A stretch of 64,000 bases of DNA. Source: Mobula birostris. Lineage: Eukaryota. The translations under genes were made by a program, and so were the position numbers. Below are positions 12,801 through 21,769 of the stretch, piece by piece (within the stretch, counting starts at the first letter, position 1; every line of letters starts with the position of its first letter). Below the pieces are notes generated by a model that worked only from the letters and a program-made list of their open reading frames with translations, was not told the DNA's origin and searched no databases. The stretch lies in NCBI RefSeq assembly GCF_030028105.1, contig NC_092372.1:117426997-117490996 (forward strand), in the 5' to 3' direction.

Positions 12801-13620
12801 ATCACTCGAGTGAAGAATGAGTTGTTACTTACCACTTTGGCATTTAGATCTCCCACGACGATGATCATGTCATGGCGAGGTGCTAACTCTACCTCCAACT
12901 GCTGTTCGTAGAAAACATCCTTTCCCTCAATGTCACTGTCGTTAGTTGGAGCACAGCACCAGATCGTAGTCATATTCATTTGCTTCCCTTTCAGCCTCCT
13001 GCTGATTGGTTTCCAGTCCAGCAAGCACTTTTCAATGCCTTTCTTCAAAGTGACAGCCACACCACTATGACGCTGACCACCTTCCCTTCCTGAGTATAAA
13101 ACTGTTTCACCAGTTGCCGCTTTTAGTCTGTCAGACCTGTCCATGTGCTTTTGCTTTTTTGTAGGTTGTAACAACACATTTCTGCATTTCTGCACTGTTT
13201 TGTTCTAGCTTGCCAATGGTTCGAACATTTCAAAAAAAAAAGGTTTGGTGTTGATCTTGGCAGTGTTCAAGGCTCCCTCCATCATGCCTGTAACTTCCTC
13301 ACGGTTTACACTACTCTCAGTCATCAAATCCTGGGGGGAGACTCAGAAATACTGTCGCACACAGATATAGAATTCTTCATTGCTGTTTCCATGACCATTT
13401 TTTTTTACCATTCAGGGTTGTTAGCCCCGAGCTGAACCCCTGAACCTGGAGGATCGGTTGGCCACTCTGAGTCTGATCTCTACCCTTTGACCTGTTTGCC
13501 ATGGGTGACCCCACCCAGGGTCAAAGCAGAAGGCCCTGACTCCAACCAGCATAGCTATTTGGGTCACTGAGGCACGCAAGCCTCCAAACCCTACGATGAG
13601 GTTGTGGTCCTCTTGGAGGA
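9855..13620 (-). mobile_element. RTE-clade LINE, near full length, pseudogenised
   Basis: APE endonuclease (GETVLYSG, APTNDSD, IVVGDLNAKV at 12791-13195); RT motif LDFAEDL (degenerate FADD); C-terminal TKVKLYLSCVLSTLL and TAIHWTPEG; RTE-type 5' leader 13400-13620; possible degenerate TSD AATTACAAA (9841) / AATTGCAAA (13621). Confidence 0.92.
10422..11071. repeat. 31-bp minisatellite, 21 copies, inside the RTE RT domain
   Basis: Unit GAACGATGCTGCCCAGGGAGGTGAATCTGC(T/A); units start at 10422, 10453 ... 11042 (= 10422 + 20x31). Confidence 0.97.
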
Positions 13621-13869
13621 AATTGCAAAGATAAGTGGTGTGTATGAGCTCTTGCATTAAAAACACAGCAATTAAACCAGGAATGACCAACTTTAATCGA
13701 CACACTGGTTGTAAATATTAAATGTTTAGAACCGTGACTATCAAGAGATTAAAGCAGTATTATGTTATTTCTTTGTATTGTGTTCTTTCTTGTAAAGATC
13801 GTGTGTAATTTATCTTGTAAATTCTGCTTATACGAGCTTATGCGGCTGTGCTGTTGCAAGTAAGTGCTG

Positions 13870-14000
13870 GCGCACACGGGATCAACGAGCGGGGCTGGCC
13901 GGCGATGACGATACGTCACCGCATCCAGCGGCCAACGTCAGCGCGTCCCGCCGGACGTCAAACCCGGAAAAGTTTGCCCGAGACCCGGAAGTGACGGGCA
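13870..14000 (+). promoter_or_regulatory. ADIPOR1 CpG-island promoter with ETS/CRE motifs
   Basis: CCGGAAGTGACG at 13985-13996, CCGGAA near 13964, CRE half-sites at 13906, 13914, 13936, 13956; high CpG density. Confidence 0.8.
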
Positions 14001-14119
14001 GGGGGTTACGGGGAACGGATGAACTGGTCGCCGGCCTGGGGCAGGGTGACGGGTCAGTTCGGGTCGGAACTATTCTCTGGACGGCCATCGGCGCCCACAG
14101 GCACTCTCGCCACACTTGG
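13990..14119 (+). other. ADIPOR1: ADIPOR1 non-coding exon 1 (start approximate)
   Basis: Lies in the CpG island and ends at donor TGG|GTAAGG (GT at 14120); vertebrate ADIPOR1 has a non-coding first exon. Confidence 0.6.
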
Positions 14120-14439
14120 GTAAGGTTGCAAGCTGCAGGGAAAGCAGTGCGGGAGATCAGGAACCGAGATGCAACGCAGAGAGGGTCGGATGTATGTGTG
14201 TGTCGGGGGGTGGGGGAAGGTGTTAACGGTCCGATCGGATCAAAGAGTGCAAATGCCGACGTTGGAAATCTGAAGCGAAGGCAGCAAATGCTGAGAGTAC
14301 TCAGCTGATCAGATAGCGTATGTGGAGAGAGAAACAATTCTCGTCTCAGCGCGACGACCCTTCTGGTCGGTGGTCGGCTGTCTTCCACAGACGTTGCCTG
14401 GGCTGCTGAATGTCTCCAGTACCTTCTGCACGATTCGGG

Positions 14440-15345
14440 GGTGGTTGGGATCGCAGAGAACCAGGTGGATATACTTTTCTTCGGTTTCCAGAAGACATTT
14501 GATGAGGTGCCACAACAAAGGTGATTTCTAGAAAGTATAAGCTTACTTGAAGGTGAAGGTAGTTCGGGTGGAAGAGTGGCCAGCCAAAGAGTAGGCATTA
14601 GTGGGACTGTTCAACTTGGCAATAAATTATGTAAATGTTGAAGCCACGTTTGCGAGACTTCTGGGTGACGTGTTTTGGAGAACACGCAAGGATATGGAAA
14701 TTGAAAACGGAGTGGGCAAAAATATCTCAAATGCAATAATATGAGGAAAATATGACACTTCCATTATGGTAGGAAACATAACAATGAGATTGCATAGGTT
14801 TGATGTACAAGAGGTATTTCCTCTTATGAGAATATTTGGAGTTGGGTGTCCCCTATGTAAGGCAGTTTTTGTCCTTTCAAAAGCCAGTGAGAGCAGAGTC
14901 TTATGATACATTAGAATCAGATAAATCCTGGATTGAGGTGGGGTGGGTGGTAAAGGGTTACTTTGTACAGAAAGGGCCACAGAGTTGTGTTTAAAATCAG
15001 TCAGGCATGACCTTGTGAAATAGTACAATTGGCCTGGAGGGTAGAAACCTATCTACTAATTTGTAAATTACAGAGAAGGAGGATTAAATTGAGGGTGGAG
15101 GGTTCAGATATTTGAGGATATGACAAATAGGACAGATTATGAAAAGCAATTAATGTGTATTTTATATGTTCAGAAGGCATACATTGTCCCTAGTCGGGAG
15201 GTTAGTCAGCAAGGTTCTAGCACAGAGGATAGAGGGTACATACTGAAAGATTAAGAACTACATTAAATATCATCTTGATGAATGGTGCAAAAGGTTTAAA
15301 GAGACAAATATGATTCCCGCTCCTGCTTCCTTTGGTTTTATGTTA
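14440..15345 (+). mobile_element. Highly degenerate CR1 fragments in ADIPOR1 intron 1
   Basis: GGATATACTT...TTCCAGAAGACATTTGATGAGGTGCCACA is a DFQKAFDKVPH remnant; CR1 tail motifs present. Confidence 0.55.
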
Positions 15346-15677
15346 TAAGTTGGGTTGTAAGGTGCTCGGCTGCAGAAGATGCCAGAGCTTATAGAGCATT
15401 AATGGTGTATGGCACAGCCAATGGCTGTCAGAAAGTTGGGAGTGAACTCAAATGTCAGAATCTTATTGGTCTAATGTAGGGCTTAATCTGCATCCAATTA
15501 AACGTCAATGTTATTGACAGCTCGTGGCCAAGCTGGACAAGCCCTTGGAATTAATTGGGTTGAGGTGCCAGGATTTGACTAAATGGGGAATGTAAGGATG
15601 TGCAGGAGTAATGAGTGTGCCCTCACTTTCCTCGTTTGCTGTTTTACTCTAGGTAGAGGGCTTGGGGTGCAGCGTCC

Positions 15678-15806
15678 ATGTCTGTCCAGAGGTCAGCGAG
15701 TGAAGTGTGTGGGGCATCCAGTAACGGTGGCCAGGCAAGCAACATTGAACTAGCTGAACTGCTGGATGACAAGCCCAAGCCCCAGGCCGGTGGGAACTCT
15801 GCAGTT
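15678..15806 (+). CDS. ADIPOR1: ADIPOR1 first coding exon (exon starts 15653)
   Basis: Acceptor ttttactctag|G; MSVQRSASEV...NIELAELLDDK...NSAV with the conserved ELAEL motif; donor GTT|gtaagt; 129 nt. Confidence 0.85.
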
Positions 15807-16649
15807 GTAAGTGCCTTTGGCGTAAGTGTGGGGTGTCGTCGGGGCAACGGGGACAATGCAGGGAATCCAAACATTTCTAGTTTATATTCTTAGTTTTTTG
15901 AGTACGTCTGTTTGACGTTGCCGCACAACAGGCTTGAGCTTGCTGATTTTAAATTATTTTCCCATGGTTGACATTAGATTCCTTGCTGCTATGGCCAACA
16001 CTTGCAAGCAGAATGGATCCTCTTTGAGGTTGGTCGGTGTACAGCAGAGGCGAGATCAGTATGCATTCTGGCAGTGGGCTGTAATGCATCAGATTGATAG
16101 CCCAGTGACAAATCATTTTCATATCTTTCCACTTTATGGGTTAGAGTAAAAGTTCTATTTCTCTCCCTGTTTTGAGCCCTGACCCGATTCTCCGCCAGTA
16201 TATTTACAGAAGAAATGTTAGTTGAGCAGCCAAGGATTTCAGAAGCAGGCATTGCTATTCAGCCTCAACATCTAGTTACAACCTAATAATGAACTTGTTG
16301 CAGTAGATGAGTTCAGTGTGTTACAGGGTTGTGTAGTTCCACTGGGATCAGTAAGGGCTGCTGTGCATTTGACGTCTGTGCTTGAGAGTAATTTGACCCT
16401 ACCATGATCTGTGCTTTAAGTGTGTGTCAAGTCAGACAGTTTGAGCTGTACTGGTGCAGTCCTCTCTGGTTGTCTGAGGTTTTCCACAGTTCTGCTATTA
16501 AGCATGATTAGCCCAATCTTGAGACCTGAGCACAAGTTTAGGGCTGAAACTCCAGTGCAGTTCTCAGAATTGCGAGAGCAAAGTAATGCGTCACTGGTAT
16601 GTTGAACAAGGCTTAGCCTGCTCTGATGGCAGAAACAAAAAGTATCACC

Positions 16650-17155
16650 TGTGGCAGTACCTCCAGTTGAACTCTGTCTTTTTGTGTGTTTCTCCCTAGT
16701 CGTCAGTCTGTGGTTTTGTATTGCCATGTGCTCTTGTTTGTTTTCATGCCCCATGTGCTTCTGTCCCTGCTCCTGCTCTACTCCAGCCCCTGTATTACTG
16801 AGTACTCCGGCTCTCACCTGTTTTGCTGCCACTTCTGTCTCATTGTGCTCCATCTATCATCTGCCTCGCTGTTTATTGCTCAGTGTATTTCAGTCCTGTG
16901 TTTTCACCTGTTTGTTGCCAGATTGTGCCAGTGAATTTTCCTGAGCCTTTCCAGCATTCGTATCTGAACTCTGTCCGTCTGAATATCGAACTCTGCCTGT
17001 TTCCCGATTCTGGTGTTTGGATTTCTCTGGAACTTTTGATCTCCGCCTGAACTTCTACGCCAACTTTGTTGCCCCTCTGGATTTGCTACTCAGTAAATAT
17101 CACAGTGCGCAGAGTACTTGGTCTGTGATTGGCTCCCTGCTTCAATGTTCTGACA
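16650..17155. mobile_element. Probable solo LTR
   Basis: TGT...ACA termini, repeated CACCTG motifs, AGTAAA near the 3' end; no clear TSD. Confidence 0.45.
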
Positions 17156-17465
17156 GCCTGACACAATTTGAAGAACGTACAAACCATCTCTGTTATTCTG
17201 ACATTAGTCTTGGGTCCCACTCCACTAGATTCAGGAACAGTTATTACCCTATAACCATCAGGCTCCTGAACCAACGTGAATAACTTCATTCATACTACTA
17301 GGAGCTGATTTTACCACCTATGGACTCACTTTGAAGGACCCTTTACAACTCATATTCTCAGTATTATTTTTTATTTGGACAGCTTGTCTTCCTTTGCACA
17401 TTGGTTGTTTGTCAGTCTTTGTTTATGTGTAGTTTGTCATTAAATTTTATTGTATTATTGTAATC

Positions 17466-18280
17466 TGTGAAACCCTCTTTTACTGGGCGTCTCTGGAAAT
17501 ACGGCTTGTCTGCCTCTCGCTAAAAGCCACTGGATTCCGTGGCGAGAAACCCATCATTTTCAGGCTCTGCACATCGAGGGTATATATGACTTTGGTCCTG
17601 CCAAACCCGTGGGATAGGAATGTCTCGCCCACCCAAACCCGGGTTTGTGTGAATGCCATGTCATTTACTGCCCCCAGTAATCGCCCGTCGGCAAGAAATA
17701 ACAGATCGCGCACTGTATGCAATTAATCAGAAATGTATTTAAGAAGGTTAACTTAACCAGTTATTAAAGGAAAGAAAGAAACAGCACTATACTTAAACAG
17801 TCACATGTGCACGGTGGAGCTCAAATCTTGGACTTGTCTGTAAAGCACGCACTGAACCCTTGGTCTGTGTGAAAACGCACACCACCTTCCGAATGTCACA
17901 CAAAATCCATCTCGAACAAACGGGCTCGCCTGCAGGGGTATTAGTCCTTCTTCCTGGAACCCGTTCATCTGCACAAAGCACCTTGTGCGACAGGGACGGC
18001 ATCCTGAGCGATTTTCCCTCCTGTCTTCTCCCATCTCTTCCCAACAAAGCCTCACACCAGTGTCCCTCGCAAAAATCTCCCCCCTCTCCCCCCCAACGTT
18101 CTCTAGAACCTTCTCCCAATTCCACCATCCTGACTGGCTGACACCACATTCCTAAGTTGAACTTTGCTGTTATCTCAGCTCAAACCCAAACAGGCTGAAA
18201 GCAGAACAGACTGCTCTTACAGAACTGCATAAGAAATAAGTACAGCATAGCAGTAAAAATCTTAACCAGGGCGTTTCACC
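17466..18280. mobile_element. Probable solo LTR (~815 bp) inserted into a Rex/Babar LINE tail (17215-17465 + 18281-18345)
   Basis: Terminal inverted motif TGTGAAAC...GTTTCAC; the LINE 3'UTR resumes on the right (CTGCAAAAGAATGACTCTCAGGG). Confidence 0.6.
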
Positions 18281-18879
18281 TGCAAAAGAATGACTCTCAG
18301 GGTCATGTATACGTATTTTGATAATAAATTTACTTTCAATGATGTTGTTTTGATTGTACTGCTGCATTTAAACCAGAACTGAGAGTAGTACAGGCCCTTC
18401 GGCCCATGATGTCTGTTGACAAAATGCCAATTTAAGCTGATCCCATGTGCCGGTATGTTACCCATTCCCTGCATGTTGATATTGTCTGTCTAAATGCCTC
18501 TTTAACACTACTATCTCATTTGTCTCACATGGCAGTGTGTTCCAGGTGCCGACTACTCCGTTTATTAAAAAAATACTTGTCCTCCACCTCTTCCTTAAAT
18601 GTTCCTCTCTGTCCTTACTCTGAGTGGTATGGTGTAACTTGCTCAAAGAGTTTTCTGCTCCCTTCATGTCTCAGTCGTTGAAGCTGCTGCCTTCTCAGCA
18701 CTGGTCTGCAGATACAAGGCTTCCCGGCTGGGTTCCACGATAACTGGTCCAAACTGGACCAATGATTGACTTGCAACATCTGCAGGACCTTTGCCCAGGC
18801 CTGGATCCTGTATCCTTGGAATGACGGGAGAATCTGTCGACTGTTTTGACGTTCCTGTTTCCTCAGGATTGGGGGGATT

Positions 18880-19145
18880 TTATTTACTTATTGAGATACA
18901 GCATGGAACAGGCCTTTCTGACCCTCTGAGCCACGCTGCCCAGCAATCCCCCGACTTCTCCCTCGCCTAATCACGGGACAATTTACAATGGCCTATTAAC
19001 CTACCAACCGGACTGTGGGAGGGAACCGGAGCACCCGGAGGAAGCTCACACAATCACGGGGAGAACGTCAGACAACAGTGGGAATTGAACCTGGTTGCTG
19101 GTACTGTAAAGCACTGTGCTCATCTCTAGGCTACCATGTTACCCC
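18880..19145 (-). mobile_element. HE1-like tRNA-derived SINE
   Basis: GGGACAATTTACAATGG..ATTAACCTAC, GGAAACCGGAGCACCCGGAGGAA-like core, GGAATTGAACC (reverse B box). Confidence 0.7.
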
Positions 19146-19504
19146 AAAGAAATCATCTGCTTGTGTTTGGTCCCTGCTGTTGGATGTGGAGATGATATTG
19201 TCCAAGACATTCTTCTGAAGTCAGGAACAGTTGTTTTGTTAGATATTCATAACAAGGAAATACAGAAAAACATTGCCAGCAAGTAACCGTAACCAATTCA
19301 CTCCAATAAAGAGCTTGTCTCATGGTCGTTCTTTATACTGGCAATGAGTTGAAGCTGGACAGGTAAGGGAATTGTCTCTGATACGAACAGCCTATGAGAC
19401 AGTAAGGATGTTGCCATGACGTCTCAGGCTCACAGGAAAAGAAATTACAGAAGTCCAGAACCAGCTATATTACAAACTATTGAAAATCTACAGGCAAGCA
19501 AGTG

Positions 19505-20482
19505 ACACGAAGCCTGAGTGCGCATGCGCCGGTCGTGCATGCAGCCTGTTACAGCCGTTCCGATCGGATTTTTACTTTTTTCTTCTTACTTTTTAATTTA
19601 CGTTATTTTTTGTTTTTTTTTTCACGGTAACACGTTGAAGCTGCACCTTCTCTAACATGCTGGTAGAGAGAGTTTTATTTGGGTTTTTAGCGCTGGAAAT
19701 AGTTGCATCCCGATACACGGGACGGAAGCATGGTCGCATTGTTCATTCCAGGGACCAGCTGCTTGTGCTAATGCCGGCCGGTTTAGCGAGCAGAGCGGCG
19801 GACACCCCTGCTGAAATCTGGAGGAAAACACACAGAGGATGCAGAGGGGGATCACAAAAGGGAGGAAAGAGGACCGGGTCGAGACATCAGAGACTTATGG
19901 AGAAGAGGAGTTCGGTGGGTAATAAAATGGATGAGTTCACGGCTCTAGCCAGGCGTCAGAGAACATTTCGGGAGTGCAGTGTTATGTGTTTCACTGGAAC
20001 GGGGCTGCACGAGGACATACCCGATCAAAACTTTTGCATGGATGGCTTCCAGACCGTTCTGGCTGACCGGACGTGCACTGAGAGCGGTAAGCGTAAAGGA
20101 GTTGGGTGCTTACTGTTCTGGTTAACAACAGATGGTGCAATCCAGGTCATATTACGATCGAGGAACGTGTTTGTAGACCGGATATTGAACATTGTACTGT
20201 CGGACTTGGGCCACATTCCACCGAGATTCAACACTGGGCGGCACGGGAGGTTGTTCCTGCCTGTGGTCATCGAACTTGCAGCTCCTCCCGTGAGGGTCAG
20301 ACACCCTGAGCCAATAGACTGGTCCTGGACTTATTTCCATCTGGCATAGTTTGCATTTTGTTGTTTGATTGTTTGTGGTTTTTGTATTGCTATAATTATG
20401 CTCTATTCTTGGTGGTGCGGCTGTAACGAAACCCAATTTCCCTCGGGATCAATAAAGTATATCTATCTATCTATCTATCTAT
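19505..20482 (+). mobile_element. Internally deleted Rex/Babar LINE (5' UTR + endonuclease N-terminus joined to 3' end), (TATC)n tail
   Basis: ORF 19657: HSRDQLL...NKMDEF...CSVMCFT..GLHEDIPD; VNNRWCN in another frame; then directly FLPVVIEL, then AATTTCCCTCGGGATCAATAAAG and (TATC)n. Confidence 0.8.
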
Positions 20483-20877
20483 AATACAAATGTTTAAGCA
20501 TAAAGAAAGTAAGAGTACAAGAGAAGTAAGTTACTTTTGATTCTTAATTTAGATTCTAATCCAAAATTCCCCTCCCTCAGCACAGTCCAAGGATTCGTGT
20601 CAGACTTGTCGCTGTCAGAAAAGGTCAGGGTCGAGTTGAATCTTTGTAGCACTATGGTTCACAGTGCTGAGCGCTCGTAGGCCAGGTTTGTGTAAAGACT
20701 GTCACTCAGGGGAACTGTTAGAGGGCTGTGATATGCAGCATTGGTAACCAGCACTGGAAAGAATCAAACTGGGGATGTAAATGTGTTAGGAAAATCTTGG
20801 ATAGGTTACTGGATAGCTTCACTTACTGGATGTTACTGTGCCGCTTGTGACTGACTGATACTGCTCTCACTTCATAG

Positions 20878-21003
20878 GGAATGGAAGTTAAGACAGACCC
20901 TGGAACACAGAATGAGGAGGAAGAAGAAGAGGAGGTGCGAGTACTGACCCTCCCTCTTCAGGCTCATCATGCAATGGAGAAGATGGAGGAGTTTGTGTAC
21001 AAG
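20878..21003 (+). CDS. ADIPOR1: ADIPOR1 coding exon 2
   Basis: ttcatag|GGA ATG...AAG|gtactg; GMEVKTDPGTQNEEEEEEEVRVLTLPLQAHHAMEKMEEFVYK. Not present in the ORF track on this strand. Confidence 0.95.
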
Positions 21004-21288
21004 GTACTGTCCTGGTAACATGTTTAACAAATAGTAATGGGGTAGACCACACAACCTTTTCCACTCAGCCTGCTGTAAGACTGTGCTGACACTCCGAATT
21101 CCACTTTCCCATCTATTCCCCATTCCCTGTGATTTCCGTGGAGACTTCTGATTTGCATCTGAAAGTCTTACTGATCTGAGCTTCGCCCAGTGGTTCAGTA
21201 TGTTCAAACCTTATCCCAAACCCAAATTCACAGCCTTCTAAGGAATTCCAAAATCTTGCCACCCACTCAGCTGTAAATCGCTCTAGAC

Positions 21289-21368
21289 CAAGGGTTCCCA
21301 ACCTGCAGACAACGGACCCCTCGGCTAATTTTAGAGCTCTGTGGTATTAAGAAAACTGGGAACCCCTG
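21289..21368. mobile_element. hAT (Charlie-like) MITE, 80 bp
   Basis: TIRs CAAGGGTTCCCA / TGGGAACCCCTG; left flank CTCTAGAC fits the hAT-Charlie target; related copy at 41441-41519. Confidence 0.6.
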
Positions 21369-21769
21369 CTCCAACCTCCTGGCATCCCTCTCAAAATCTT
21401 GTGGATGTTTGGTGAGATTATATCATCTTACTAAGACAATCTTATTAATCTTTTCCACTGGAGAAATGGCCCTCAAAATAAGAATTGTGAATTATTCAGA
21501 TATCATTATGCTGTGCCTCCACTGATTTGTCCTGCCTTGGGCTCATAAGCCAAATTACACACAGCACTCTGCCTAAAACCCTTCTTCAAGTTTTTTGTCA
21601 TGGGCATACATACCTAGGGTTTATTTGCCATTTTTTTTGCAGCAGCAGCAGCAGCAACACAGTACATGACAACCATAAAGTACATGAGTTGACAAAAATT
21701 GCACAAAGCCTCAGGCAAGGAAGGTCAGGTTGCCGAGGTCACTTCTCAGAGCACTAGGACGTTACAGCA

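Noticed and set aside
13405-13460. HDV-like ribozyme call from the TCCTCC...GGCTAACA motifs
   Set aside because: I could not build the nested P1/P1.1/P2/P3 double pseudoknot; the segment folds more simply as a hairpin, so it is kept only as an unclassified structured leader.
13882-14598. 238-aa minus-strand ORF over the ADIPOR1 promoter
   Set aside because: No recognisable domain; stop-poor GC-rich island sequence plus CR1 remnants.
16416-17050. Cys/Leu-rich ORFs of 75-145 aa
   Set aside because: Translations of low-complexity, LTR-like sequence without motifs or splice support.
19657-20349. 230-aa ORF as a nested host gene
   Set aside because: Made of LINE endonuclease N-terminus, a frameshifted segment and LINE C-terminus; treated as a transposon derivative.
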